Positions 11,401 to 19,159 of a stretch of DNA of 64,000 bases are shown here, one piece after another; within the stretch, counting starts at the first letter, position 1, and each line of letters starts with the position of its first letter. This stretch comes from an uncultured Roseivirgaceae bacterium (GTDB lineage: Bacteria > Bacteroidota > Bacteroidia > Cytophagales > Cyclobacteriaceae), in NCBI GenBank assembly GCA_964419145.1, contig CAYQOM010000002.1, positions 726,511 to 790,510 of the forward strand. The letters run 5' to 3'. The notes beneath the pieces are model-generated. The model saw only the letters and a list, made by a program, of their open reading frames with translations. It was not told the origin of the DNA and did not search any database. The translations under genes were made by a program, and so were the position numbers.

Positions 11401-11442
11401 TTCCAGTGCGTTGATTCGGTTAGTGGCGTCCGAGTTCGTCAT
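5488..11442 (-). CDS. Giant cytoplasmic multi-sensor histidine kinase (GAF - PAS repeats - GAF - PAS repeats - HisKA - HATPase_c)
   Basis: 1984 aa with an N-terminal GAF domain (…ITRLAAYLCDTSISLITLLDDKRQFFKSHYGL…). Many PAS/PAC repeats are recognisable from recurring W…W/…DITERK-type ends, and there is a second GAF around …GLPGVVWRDSEAKVWDNV…. The H-box is ASHDLQEPLRMV, the N-box is LVGNALKY, G1 is DNGIGI and G2 is GGTGIGLSI. Confidence 0.9.
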   Translation of the reverse strand: MTNSDATNRINALETYQILDTLPESEFDNITRLAAYLCDTSISLITLLDDKRQFFKSHYGLDLQETPIEQSFCAHALNNGHDLFIVNDARKDKRFAKNPLVTGKPHIVFYTGAPLVTPEGIAIGTLCVIDSKPKSLDEGQQEALKSLAGQVMQLLELRRTRLRAEKHKREWQHQSERLGNIIEATRVATWEWNVQTGELVINERWAEIVGYTLNELKPISIETWYRLVHPEDAPRSDEQLKACFNREREYYDLECRMIHKDGHAVWVNDRGRIVTWTEDGKPLMMMGTHTEISERKTVELELASTLLALKERVKEQACLSAISNLNKPGITIDELLQQAVDIIPQGWQHDDIACATITYGTEVFTSTACEITPWFQSTKRTTNDGQNLQIAVSYLEQRTGPHGTVFLPEENQLIESIATTLSLFIDQLTVANQLKQKQQQLEESYAEIQKLMDQSLDMICVLNEQGIFIKVSAAVEHILGYKPEEFIGRPYTDFIHPEDAPKIPEVVAAAEKGLTTYHYENRYIHKNGNVVPLSWSISRNNEEKLIYCVARDASEILEANRLIQESEALMNEAQRVAKMGNWNFDFRTDRLTWSDALYDVFGDEERVFKETHGSFVGLVDEADRELVVTTSKRSQETGEPFHIEYRITTPSGEKRIIEEYGYAEKDEKGKVVRLYGTAQNITERRKTENLLIQSERRFRALVENGADALVILDITGKPFYVSPSIMRVLGYTEEEALNLNLFEVLHPDDAPHVAAKMEEVLQKPGIPIQGYTSRTKHKDGSWRWLEATITNMLHDPGINGIVDNFRDVTQRIEALQKLQESEKKYIDLFNTSPIPKWIFDLETLKFLDVNESAIRAYGYSREEFLNMTILDVRPKNELPVVHQALKEVHTSTSDLIQFGMVTHQVKSGKLIRVDILGRRITYNNRPCLIIASHDVTERESMLRKLEETNERFNYINKATNDAIYEWDIETDVYTWGDGFERTFGHQFNNKTFTLADWVKLMHQADAKANQPAWDHFMSDPKENKWHKEFRFKRADGTYAYTEEIGYLIRDAKGKPIRMIGVLRDVSEKQQRLHQKQIQQQVSEFFATHNPLRTISNQVCEYLALFNDYQTAELWLTSADESHLKLLSIHVEKASLEAYVEESRKLGQLKKGEGLPGVVWRDSEAKVWDNVDKENVFLRHSIARQLGLRAAFGMPLLHNNKVVGVLVFCSHQSLSWDKPKLELYYPLISYLGSEVVRKQQEEEMLHLFQSSPDILAIASPHGHFAKVNPAFCKLLGYTEEEITSQLFSKFIHPDDLSDTVKEYKETITGDRKANNFTNRYLTKSGQYRWIEWSSSDVFGEDGFVFAYGRDITEVKELEQLLANAARLARIGSWEVDTIKDTVYWSRITREIHEVEDDFIPDLNSGIGFYREDTRNLVREKVEEGMRTGKPWDFQLPIITAKGNERWVRSIGQAEFHNGKVIRLFGSFQDIHKEKTLELARQQLLHERDTILESIGDAFFALDRNWTVLYWNKEAEKVLGKKREAVIGKNLWEEYADAIGLKFYTEYHRAMDTGENVQFDEYYPATDQWFEVSAYPSEQGLSVYFKDVSIRKIAEREVQQSNERFEKIAEATNDAVWDFDASKNELFWGKGFSTQFGYDLQTIKPSFDLLVSLIHPDDRQKTLDKINRALNDPKTTNWFEEYRFMMADGNYAFVIDRAVFIRDEFGRAKRVVGAMTDISYRKDYEDSLQQLNRQLAKQKKDLELSNRELEQFAYIASHDLQEPLRMVSSFLTQLERRYGDVLDDKAHQYIHFAVDGAKRMRQIILDLLEFSRVGRHTGVPEWIDLNELVKELTAIQRDNIEAKGANIQVDELPALYVHRLPITQVFQNLVGNALKYAKPDVAPQINIKAEKQENNWLFSVQDNGIGIDKEYYDKIFVIFQRLHTRDQYGGTGIGLSIVKKIIKNFGGRIWVESEPDQGSTFFFTLPHSLVSEKQVGDNISVEKKIS

Positions 11443-11511
11443 GAGCTACGAGGTGCTTCTTGCAGTTGATCTGTTAACTGGGTAGAGATTAAATTTACTA
11501 AAAAGTTTTAG

Positions 11512-11883
11512 TTATTGTTCACTATAATCAATGAATCGTTTTATCCGTAAAGCAAGTTCGGTCATACTAAAAGGTTTCAAAATATAGTCATCTACCCCCG
11601 ATCTGAATCCCTCCAATACTTTGTCTTCCTGATCAGCATTGGCTAACAGAATTACAGGAATTTGTTGTCCAAGATTTTCGCGTATATAGGCGACCATTTC
11701 AAGCGCAGAAAACTGCCCCGGTTCAAGTTCAGTAATTACCATGTTGAAGGATAATTTGCTCAGCATCACCATCGCTTCGCGGCCATTAGAGGCTATCACT
11801 ACTTCGCCTAATTGCTCCCGTGTAACGATGAACCGTATCAGGTTTGCTACTGCTGGGTCGCTATCGCACAGCAGTATTTTCAT
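11512..11883 (-). CDS. Atypical receiver-only response regulator (Glu at the phospho-acceptor position)
   Basis: 123 aa with a CheY-like fold pattern (ILLCDSDP … ILKPF). Where the phospho-acceptor Asp is expected the sequence reads MVITELEPG (E52, codon gaa at 11728-11730). The conserved Thr/Ser position reads VILLANAD. Confidence 0.75.
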   Translation of the reverse strand: MKILLCDSDPAVANLIRFIVTREQLGEVVIASNGREAMVMLSKLSFNMVITELEPGQFSALEMVAYIRENLGQQIPVILLANADQEDKVLEGFRSGVDDYILKPFSMTELALRIKRFIDYSEQ

Positions 11884-12221
11884 AGTATAATGTTGCGGCT
11901 GCTCAGCCGTTGTTTTAATTCTTCAATGGCTTCCATGCAATGCTGACTAAAGGTTTGTTGTGTGTGCTGGTTGATGTTTTCAATTCCCTCCGTTTTTATC
12001 CGGGCATTGATATCGTCAGCGAATTGCTTCAGCTTTTCCTGATCAATATAACCCAGTGTGGCTTTGGCCTGGTGATGTGACTTTATGTAAATCTGGCCAT
12101 CTTGTTGTTCAATAGCTTGCACAATGCTTATGCGCAGTGCCTGCAGGTTTACAATAAATGACCGCACAAGCTCGCGCGCGAATTCGACATCGGTCTCCAA
12201 AAAGCGTTGTAGTATGCTCAT
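11880..12221 (-). CDS. HPt-like phosphotransfer protein (putative)
   Basis: 113 aa and apparently all-helical. The candidate phospho-His motif is KSHHQAKATLGYI (compare HxxKGxxxxxG). Both neighbours overlap it by 4 nt: the hybrid kinase upstream and the receiver downstream. Confidence 0.4.
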   Translation of the reverse strand: MSILQRFLETDVEFARELVRSFIVNLQALRISIVQAIEQQDGQIYIKSHHQAKATLGYIDQEKLKQFADDINARIKTEGIENINQHTQQTFSQHCMEAIEELKQRLSSRNIIL

Positions 12222-13882
12222 CGTAAGGTGTGTTGATAAAGATATTTTTTAAGTTTAGTATGTAATTCAATCGGGCTAAAGGGTTTTGTAATCAGATCAT
12301 TCATTCCCACTTCTAAAGCCTGTTCGCGTTCCGTATGAATGGCAGATGCCGTTAGTGCAATAATGGGTAACTCAAATGGACTATGACCGGCTTTTCGGAT
12401 CAACGAGGTTGCCTCGTATCCATCCATCACGGGCATTTGTAAGTCCATCAATACCAGGTCAAAAGTTTTTCGTTGTACCAGATCAACGGCATCTTTGCCA
12501 TTGGTAACGTGTGTGATTCTGGCTCCCCAGTTTTTCAGAAATTTTTTGGCGATGAGGGTATTGGCCTCATTATCTTCTGCCAGCAAAATGGTGGCGCCTT
12601 CAAATGAATGCGGCTCGTCCGAAAGGGTGGTGGGTTTGCGGGCAGACATCTGTACGCCTTCTGGAATATCAAACGATAACACAAATGAAAATTCAGATCC
12701 TGCACCAGCTTCACTTTGCAGGTGTATGGCGCTGCCTTGCATTTCAAGTAAACGCTTGGTAATGGCCAGACCAAGGCCTGTTCCACCATACCTGCGTGTA
12801 ACCGATGAATCGACCTGGCAAAATTGTTCAAACAGCCTTTCTTGCTTTTCTTTTGGTATGCCGATGCCGGTGTCTTTAACAGAAAAGCGCACCTGTACAC
12901 GTGTGGTATCAAGTTGTTCTACCTGTGCGTCCATAACCACTTCTCCGCAGTCGGTGAATTTCACCGCATTATTTACCAGATTGTTCAATATTTGCGACAG
13001 TCGGACGGGATCTCCGGTTACAAATTCCGGAAGTTCATCGTCACGCTTCAGTTTTAGCTTGATCTGCTTATCCTGTGCGCGCAACAGGTTGGCATTTTTA
13101 ATTTCAGACAGTAGTTCCGACAGGTTAAAAGGAATGTTCTCAATAGCAATGCCACCAGCTTCAATTTTACTGAAATCAAGAATATCGTTTACGATAGCCA
13201 TCAGGTGGTTGGCGCTGAACTTTAATGTTCGGATGTACTCGGCCTGGTGGGAAAGGTGTTCTTCCTCCATTAGTATGTGGGCGATGCCGGAGATGCCATT
13301 CAGCGGAGTTCGAATTTCATGACTCATAGTAGAAAGAAAACTGGCCTTCGCTTTTCCGGCCTCTTCCGCTCTTTGCTTTTCTTCTATTAATTCGCGCTGG
13401 CGTTTTTTGAGTTCCAACAAGCGGATCACAGAATGACTTAATGTGGTGAGTGCTTCTCGCTGTTGCTCTGTTAGCTTGCCGGGTTTGGTATCAATTACAC
13501 ATAGGGATCCAATCTGAAGTCCATCGGGTGTAGTTAATGGTGCGCCCGCATAAAAGCGGATGAAAGGTTCACCCGTAACAAAGGGATTTGCACTGAACAT
13601 AACATCTGTCGCAGCGTTTTCAATTTCAAGAATTTCTTCCCCCTGAATAGTTTTGTTGCAGAAGGCCAGTTCGCGATCGGTACAGGTAGCTGAAAAACCC
13701 ATATCGGATTTTATCCATTGCGTTTTCTCATCCAAAAACGTTATTAGTGCAATGGGTTTATCGCATACGATGGCTGCCAGCTTGGTAATTTCGTCAAACT
13801 GCTTTTCGCGTAAACCATAGTCGATGGCATACTCATTCAACGCTGCAAGGCGCTGCTGTTCCAATTCATAGCTCAGTTTCAT
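12218..13882 (-). CDS. Hybrid histidine kinase (GAF - HisKA - HATPase_c - REC)
   Basis: 554 aa. The GAF N-terminus is paralogous to that of the giant kinase. The H-box is MSHEIRTPLNGI, the N-box is LVNNAVKF, G1 is DTGIGI and G2 is GGTGLGLAI. The C-terminal receiver shows ILLAEDNEAN and DLVLMDLQMPVMDG. Confidence 0.9.
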   Translation of the reverse strand: MKLSYELEQQRLAALNEYAIDYGLREKQFDEITKLAAIVCDKPIALITFLDEKTQWIKSDMGFSATCTDRELAFCNKTIQGEEILEIENAATDVMFSANPFVTGEPFIRFYAGAPLTTPDGLQIGSLCVIDTKPGKLTEQQREALTTLSHSVIRLLELKKRQRELIEEKQRAEEAGKAKASFLSTMSHEIRTPLNGISGIAHILMEEEHLSHQAEYIRTLKFSANHLMAIVNDILDFSKIEAGGIAIENIPFNLSELLSEIKNANLLRAQDKQIKLKLKRDDELPEFVTGDPVRLSQILNNLVNNAVKFTDCGEVVMDAQVEQLDTTRVQVRFSVKDTGIGIPKEKQERLFEQFCQVDSSVTRRYGGTGLGLAITKRLLEMQGSAIHLQSEAGAGSEFSFVLSFDIPEGVQMSARKPTTLSDEPHSFEGATILLAEDNEANTLIAKKFLKNWGARITHVTNGKDAVDLVQRKTFDLVLMDLQMPVMDGYEATSLIRKAGHSPFELPIIALTASAIHTEREQALEVGMNDLITKPFSPIELHTKLKKYLYQHTLR

Positions 13883-14579
13883 GTGCCGTATTTTCTTCTA
13901 CCGGAATGGTTACACTAAAAGTTGATCCTTCTTTTTCATTGGATATAAACAAAAGGTGCCCGCCTGCCTTTTCAACCAGTTTATCTACCTGGAACAACCC
14001 CATGCCTAAGCCGCTGGAGGATTCATGGCCACGGAAGAACGGTTGAAACAGTTTGGGTTGAAGTTCTTTGGGAATGCCCACGCCATTATCGCTTACCTGT
14101 AAGATGGTACAGCGGTGATTGGCCAGTACGTATATGCTTACTTCCTTGCTTGTTTTGGCTAAATCCTGATAGGCGATTGCATTGCTGACCAGGTGCTTTA
14201 AAATCAGTGAAAATGTATACCGATCTATTCGCCAGGGTTCGGTTACATCAATTTTTTTGGTAAGCTTAACACCCATCCGATCAATGGTGTTTTGGAATGG
14301 CTCCAATATCGAGTCTATCAATTCTTCGCAGTTCGCTTCTACAGCCTTTTTGATATAGTGACTCGTAACCAGGTATTCCTGAAACGACCGAAGCATTTTT
14401 TCCATTTTTTCAGCCGATTCGTAAATCATGTGCAGGCATTCGTCTATTTCCTGCGTATGCGGGTAATGTTCCGCGATGTTAACGAGTCCTTTAATTGAAG
14501 CTACGGGGGCACGCAAATCATGCGAACAACTCTCCATAAACCGATCTACCAGTTGATTTGCCGTGAAGTTGGTTGTCAT
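13866..14579 (-). CDS. Sensor-less histidine kinase core (HisKA + HATPase_c)
   Basis: 237 aa. The H-box is CSHDLRAPVASIKG, the N-box is LVSNAIAY, G1 is DNGVGI and G2 is SSGLGMGL. There is no TM segment and no recognisable sensor domain. Confidence 0.8.
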   Translation of the reverse strand: MTTNFTANQLVDRFMESCSHDLRAPVASIKGLVNIAEHYPHTQEIDECLHMIYESAEKMEKMLRSFQEYLVTSHYIKKAVEANCEELIDSILEPFQNTIDRMGVKLTKKIDVTEPWRIDRYTFSLILKHLVSNAIAYQDLAKTSKEVSIYVLANHRCTILQVSDNGVGIPKELQPKLFQPFFRGHESSSGLGMGLFQVDKLVEKAGGHLLFISNEKEGSTFSVTIPVEENTAHETEL

Positions 14580-14782
14580 TGTAAGGGTTTTTCTTGTTGA
14601 AGGGTATTTTTGTTTTCCGAAAGAAGGATTTTATTGCTCATGGTTTTTCGCGATAAATTCTTCTGCCATAGAGTTGGAGCATAAAGGCTACTGGCGTTTT
14701 GTGCATATAAGGTGTAACCAAACATCATCGCGGCCAGCGTAATCAGTAAAATCAGCAACAGTTGATTCGTCTTTGCTTTCAT
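14576..14782 (-). CDS. Small membrane-anchored or secreted protein (hypothetical)
   Basis: 68 aa with a hydrophobic N-terminus (QLLLILLITLAAMMFGYTLYAQ). Its stop overlaps the downstream kinase start by 4 nt, and it is the first ORF after a 223-nt intergenic gap. There are no family motifs. Confidence 0.35.
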   Translation of the reverse strand: MKAKTNQLLLILLITLAAMMFGYTLYAQNASSLYAPTLWQKNLSRKTMSNKILLSENKNTLQQEKPLQ

Positions 14783-15005
14783 GTTCTGCCTTTTAATTCC
14801 AATACAAAGGTGGACCGGTTATAGGGCCAATCCGACAGGGAAATACTGACTTTTATAAAATCAGGAGTACTGGTAAAAAGATGAATGAAATGGCCCGAAA
14901 AGGCCCTATGTAGTAGGAAGTTTACATTTCGTCAATTCTGAAGAAAATGAACTATCAGGAAAAACCCTGAGTGAGTGAGTAGGGGAAAACCCTGATTTTT
15001 TCAAG

Positions 15006-15404
15006 TTATCTGGCCAAATTAGTGGTAATGAGTGAACGCACCGTCTTCATGAGGTTATCAATGCTGCATGGCTTTTTCAGGTAGATGTTGGCTCCCGCTG
15101 CAAGCCCTTCAGCCTGATCTTCGGGTGTAGCCTTGGCCGAAAGAATGATGATGGGGATGGGTGAGGTGCTGGTTTGTTTTTCAGCAGCACGCACTTCACG
15201 AACAACCTCAAGTCCGTTCATCTGGGGCATCACAATATCGGTTACAATAAGGTCTGGATTGATTTCGCGGTAGGTAGTAAACCCTGCTTGGCCATCGCGT
15301 GCCCAAACCACATCAAAACCTTCCATGCGCAGTACATCCCTGATGTTTTCGCCAAGGTCTTCCGTGTCTTCAATCAGTAATATGCGCATGGCCATAACTT
15401 TCAA
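15006..15404 (-). CDS. Single-domain response regulator
   Basis: 132 aa with ILLIEDTED, DLIVTDIVMPQMNG, IIILSAK and YLKKP. There is no output domain. Confidence 0.85.
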   Translation of the reverse strand: MKVMAMRILLIEDTEDLGENIRDVLRMEGFDVVWARDGQAGFTTYREINPDLIVTDIVMPQMNGLEVVREVRAAEKQTSTSPIPIIILSAKATPEDQAEGLAAGANIYLKKPCSIDNLMKTVRSLITTNLAR

Positions 15405-16600
15405 TTATGATGATTTATTTCTGTTGTTGCTACCGGCAACTGTACTTCAACGGTGGTTCCTTCGTTAAGCCGGGATTGTAACCTGATGGATCCTTTTAAT
15501 AATTCTACAGCCTTTTTTACAATGGATAATCCAAGACCAGTTCCGGCAATAGAAGCGGCATTGCTGCCACGTTGGAAGGCCTCAAATAATTTTACCTGGT
15601 CTTCTTCAAGAATGCCAATACCCTGATCGGAAACGGTTATGATCAGCAGGTCGTTTTCCTCCACGATATTCAATAAAACTGAATCCTTTCTGGGCGAGTA
15701 CTTAATGGCATTGGTTAGCAGGTTGATGAAAATATTCCGGAATAACTTCTCGTCCGTGTCAATTTCCCTGGAGACCACCGCGTAGTTCAACTCAATGCGG
15801 TGTGTATTGCGTGTGCTGTTCTGTACATCTTCAATGATTTTATCAACCAGGTTACGCAATTCAATTTTTGATTTAACCACCAGTATCTTTTTGAGATCAG
15901 TTCGGCCGGCCATAATCACATCTTCAAGCAAGGCTGTCATATGTGTAACCTGTTTTTCGATTTTTTTGAGTTTACTTCTTATTTCGGCTTCTTCAATCTT
16001 TTCGAGGTAATCATGCAAATACTCAGCTGCAAAGCGAATGGTTGATAGGGGGGTTCGGAACTCGTGTGAGGCAATGGCAACAAACTGATTTTTCAGATCA
16101 ACCAACTGTTTTTCCTTTTTAATAGCCTCCTCCAGTTCGCGGGTTCTTTCCTGAACCAGTGCTTCCAGTTTTTTGCGGGAAATTTCCTCCGAACGCATAA
16201 TTAATTCCTGGTTGTGCTTTCGCTCCACGGAGTAGCGTATGGTTTTCTCCAACAACTTTTCATCGTATTCTCCTTTTATCAGGTAATCCTGTGCACCCTG
16301 TTGCAAGGTGCCCAAGGTTACTTCTTCATCCACCAACCCGGTAAGCACAATTACGGGAGCTTGCTTAGCCAGCGGATAAATTTTCATGAAGGTTTGAATG
16401 CCCTCACTGTCCGGGAGAAAAAGATCCATGAGGATCAGGTGAAACTCCTGGTCATTGAGCAGTTTTATGGCGTCCGACACGCGTTCGGTATGGTGGATTA
16501 CATAAGCCGGGAGCGAAGTGCGTTTTAGAAATTCCTTAATCAGGAAGAAGTCTCCAGGGTTATCTTCGAGTATGAGTACGTTGGGCTGCGGCTGGCTCAT
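15401..16600 (-). CDS. Hybrid kinase with N-terminal receiver (REC - coiled coil - HisKA - HATPase_c)
   Basis: 399 aa. The receiver shows LILEDNPGD and HLILMDLFLPDSEG. The H-box is ASHEFRTPLSTI, the N-box is LLTNAIKY, G1 is DQGIGI and G2 is GTGLGLSI. Confidence 0.9.
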   Translation of the reverse strand: MSQPQPNVLILEDNPGDFFLIKEFLKRTSLPAYVIHHTERVSDAIKLLNDQEFHLILMDLFLPDSEGIQTFMKIYPLAKQAPVIVLTGLVDEEVTLGTLQQGAQDYLIKGEYDEKLLEKTIRYSVERKHNQELIMRSEEISRKKLEALVQERTRELEEAIKKEKQLVDLKNQFVAIASHEFRTPLSTIRFAAEYLHDYLEKIEEAEIRSKLKKIEKQVTHMTALLEDVIMAGRTDLKKILVVKSKIELRNLVDKIIEDVQNSTRNTHRIELNYAVVSREIDTDEKLFRNIFINLLTNAIKYSPRKDSVLLNIVEENDLLIITVSDQGIGILEEDQVKLFEAFQRGSNAASIAGTGLGLSIVKKAVELLKGSIRLQSRLNEGTTVEVQLPVATTEINHHN

Positions 16601-16617
16601 GGTAATCGTGTAACGGG

Positions 16618-17055
16618 TTACACCGGCTTTGGTAACCGCACAATGCTGATCCAGTAATCTTCAATGGCATTAACAATCTCTAAAAATTTATCGAGGTCAA
16701 CAGGTTTGGTTATGTAGCAATTGGCGTGATTTTTATACGCGTTTATGATGTCCTTTTCTGATGAAGAGGTAGTGAGCATAACCACCGGTATGGATTTTAA
16801 TTCCGGGTCGTTTTTTATTTCGGTCAGTACTTCTATGCCATCTATTTTAGGGAGATTGATATCCAATAAAATAAGATCCGGCCGTTCATTGTCCCTATAC
16901 TCATCTTGGTTGCGAAGAATTTTTAAAGCTTCTTCGCCATCGCGGGCTACGGTTATTCGGTTGTTAATTTTCCCATTCGATAACGCCTCGCGTGTAAGCA
17001 CAATGTCTCCTTCATTATCCTCTACCAGTAAAATATGTACTTCCATTGGGGACAT
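16618..17055 (-). CDS. Single-domain response regulator (Rcp1-like)
   Basis: 145 aa with ILLVEDNEGD, DLILLDINLPKIDG, VVMLTTS and YITKP. Confidence 0.85.
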   Translation of the reverse strand: MSPMEVHILLVEDNEGDIVLTREALSNGKINNRITVARDGEEALKILRNQDEYRDNERPDLILLDINLPKIDGIEVLTEIKNDPELKSIPVVMLTTSSSEKDIINAYKNHANCYITKPVDLDKFLEIVNAIEDYWISIVRLPKPV

Positions 17056-17151
17056 TAGAAATTTTAATTTTGCGCAAACATAGGCACGTCCGTTTGGAAT
17101 ATCTTATACGATGTAAGATAAATCAAAAAAAAGAAAAAAGCATGACTTTCA

Positions 17152-19110
17152 TCATGGTTTTGTGTCCGCTATAAGGCTATCGGTCGCGTTTTTTGATAAT
17201 GTAAAGTGAAAAATACTACCCCTATCTTTTTCCGTCTCTACCCATATTTTTCCGCCATGGGCCTCTACGATTTTTTTACACACTGCCAGTCCGATTCCGC
17301 TTCCGGAATATTCTTTTGCCGTATGCAATCGCTTAAATACTTTGAAAATGTCCTGGTGGAATTCTGGTGCAATGCCAATACCATTATCGTGTACACTAAC
17401 CTGGTAATACTGTCCAAGATCAGCTCCGGTTATTTTTACTTCCGGGGTTTTATTTCCCCTATATTTTATGGCATTGCCGATCAGATTTTGAAACAGGCGC
17501 ATCAGGTTGGAGTGGTGCCCTTGTATTTCCGGAAGATCGGGTTGTACGGTAACGATGGCGTTGCTTTGTTCGATAACCGGTCCAAGATTCTCCACCGCCT
17601 CATTAATTATAATGTTCAGGTTGCAGGTAGCAAATTCTGTGCGCTGTGTTCCGGTTCTCGATAGTTCGAGTAAATCTTTCAACATGGCATCCATTCGTTT
17701 TGCTCCACCCAACGCAAAGTCCATATATTGGCGCGTGTCTTTATCCAACGCGTTGTGCAGCTTCTTCTCGGTTAGTTGCAGGAATCCGGTTACCATGCGC
17801 AAGGGTTCACTTAAATCGTGCGAAACGGCATAAACGAATTCTTCAACCTCATCATTTTTCGCCTGCAACTTTTTGTTCACCACTTCAATTTTATGCTGAT
17901 AGGCTTTCAGCGCGCTGATATCGCGCATAACCGATGAGTAATACCCGTCTTCCTCGTTCGTGCCTTCGTGATACAAAATAATGTGTGATATTTCCAGTTC
18001 GCGACCATCCGGCAATACCAATGTGCTTTCACCTTTCCAGGCTCCATCTTTTTTAGCCACCGGTAAGCCGGTCTGTTGAAATTCGTTGAGCGAATTTTCA
18101 ACGAACAGGTGCTTAATGTTTATGGTATTCAGCGAATGATTTGGTTGAAGTTTTAATAGAATAGCCAATGATTTATTAAAATAAAGGGGTGCGCCATGCG
18201 CATTGTATATCATCACCAGGTCAAGTGTGGCTTCAATAATGGAGAATAATCTTCGCTTTTCTGTTTCCACGCGATCTATCTGAGCGCTGATGAAACGCGA
18301 CAGGTACACGGTAACTAATGTTACCAGCACCATGGCACCAATAGCTACTGTGGAAATGATCAATGCTTCATTGGTGAAAAATCGGTTGCGCAAATAGATT
18401 TGAAATGCCCCACTGGATAGAACCAGAAAGGCTGTGAGGGGAAGAAAACCGCGAAGTAAACGCGCATAGGTTTTTTCACCATAAAAAAGAAGAAGGGGAA
18501 AGGAGTTGGTTCCGTTTGCAATGATCAGCGCCAGCGATAAAGCAAGAAACCCAATGCCGGTGGTTAGCGCAATGGGAATGGTGGTTTGTCCATATAATAA
18601 CGGTGTGTTGTATAAATAGCCCACCAACACAATTAACGTACTGGTGAAAGCAAGCACAGAAAAAATGCCGGACACGATTCGCGACCATTTTTGCTTGCGG
18701 GTAATCAGCAACAACGAAAAACAACAAAGTAAAAACAGGTAGGCTGTAATGGGCGACATACGGCCAAGAGGAACGAGGCCAAACATCTGATCTGATTCCT
18801 TAGGCAGCAGACCATCTTCGAGGGCAAAACCCGGAATGCCGGCAACCGTAAGCAAAACATTGATGGAAAACAATCCCAGTAAAGCCACAACTACTAAAAC
18901 CGCCCAATGATATTTGTGTGAACTGTAGTGGGTGATTAATCCTGCTGCCATCAGCAAAAAGCACGTGGCTGTGAGCGGAGCCATAGGAATATACGATTCC
19001 GATAAGCTGGCAAGCCATAACGTATCGGTAAGCCATGCGACCCAGGTTGCAAGTGACAACAAAGCGGTAACACCGATACAAATAAGAATAGTGGCGCGAA
19101 GCGAATTCAT
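17152..19110 (-). CDS. Polytopic membrane sensor histidine kinase (multi-TM N-domain - PAS - HisKA - HATPase_c)
   Basis: 652 aa. The first ~270 aa are a series of hydrophobic helices, followed by a PAS domain. The H-box is VSHDLSEPLRMV, the N-box is LIGNAIKY, G1 is DNGIGI and G2 is GSGIGLAV. Confidence 0.85.
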   Translation of the reverse strand: MNSLRATILICIGVTALLSLATWVAWLTDTLWLASLSESYIPMAPLTATCFLLMAAGLITHYSSHKYHWAVLVVVALLGLFSINVLLTVAGIPGFALEDGLLPKESDQMFGLVPLGRMSPITAYLFLLCCFSLLLITRKQKWSRIVSGIFSVLAFTSTLIVLVGYLYNTPLLYGQTTIPIALTTGIGFLALSLALIIANGTNSFPLLLFYGEKTYARLLRGFLPLTAFLVLSSGAFQIYLRNRFFTNEALIISTVAIGAMVLVTLVTVYLSRFISAQIDRVETEKRRLFSIIEATLDLVMIYNAHGAPLYFNKSLAILLKLQPNHSLNTINIKHLFVENSLNEFQQTGLPVAKKDGAWKGESTLVLPDGRELEISHIILYHEGTNEEDGYYSSVMRDISALKAYQHKIEVVNKKLQAKNDEVEEFVYAVSHDLSEPLRMVTGFLQLTEKKLHNALDKDTRQYMDFALGGAKRMDAMLKDLLELSRTGTQRTEFATCNLNIIINEAVENLGPVIEQSNAIVTVQPDLPEIQGHHSNLMRLFQNLIGNAIKYRGNKTPEVKITGADLGQYYQVSVHDNGIGIAPEFHQDIFKVFKRLHTAKEYSGSGIGLAVCKKIVEAHGGKIWVETEKDRGSIFHFTLSKNATDSLIADTKP

Positions 19111-19159
19111 TTAATGATGTGAGTTAAACGATAGGGTATGGGGCCTGCTCATCTATTTT

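Noticed and set aside
12495-13322. A 275-aa plus-strand ORF lying entirely inside the hybrid histidine kinase gene
   Set aside because: It is antisense to a gene with unmistakable kinase motifs. Its translation is Ser/Cys/Arg-rich low complexity with no motif. It is a typical shadow ORF.
14892-14995. A GGCC…GGCC mini-hairpin (14892-14905) and a direct repeat aaaaccctga (14961-14970 and 14986-14995) separated by gtgagtgagt, in the gap between the two signalling sub-operons
   Set aside because: The stem is only 4 bp. The repeats are short, and I cannot tie them to a terminator, an operator or a known RNA. They may simply mark the promoter/terminator region.
17101-17119. The hairpin atctta-tacgatg-taagat downstream of the membrane kinase gene
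   Set aside because: It is a 6-bp AT-rich stem. The adjacent homopolymer run lies on the wrong side for a minus-strand intrinsic terminator.
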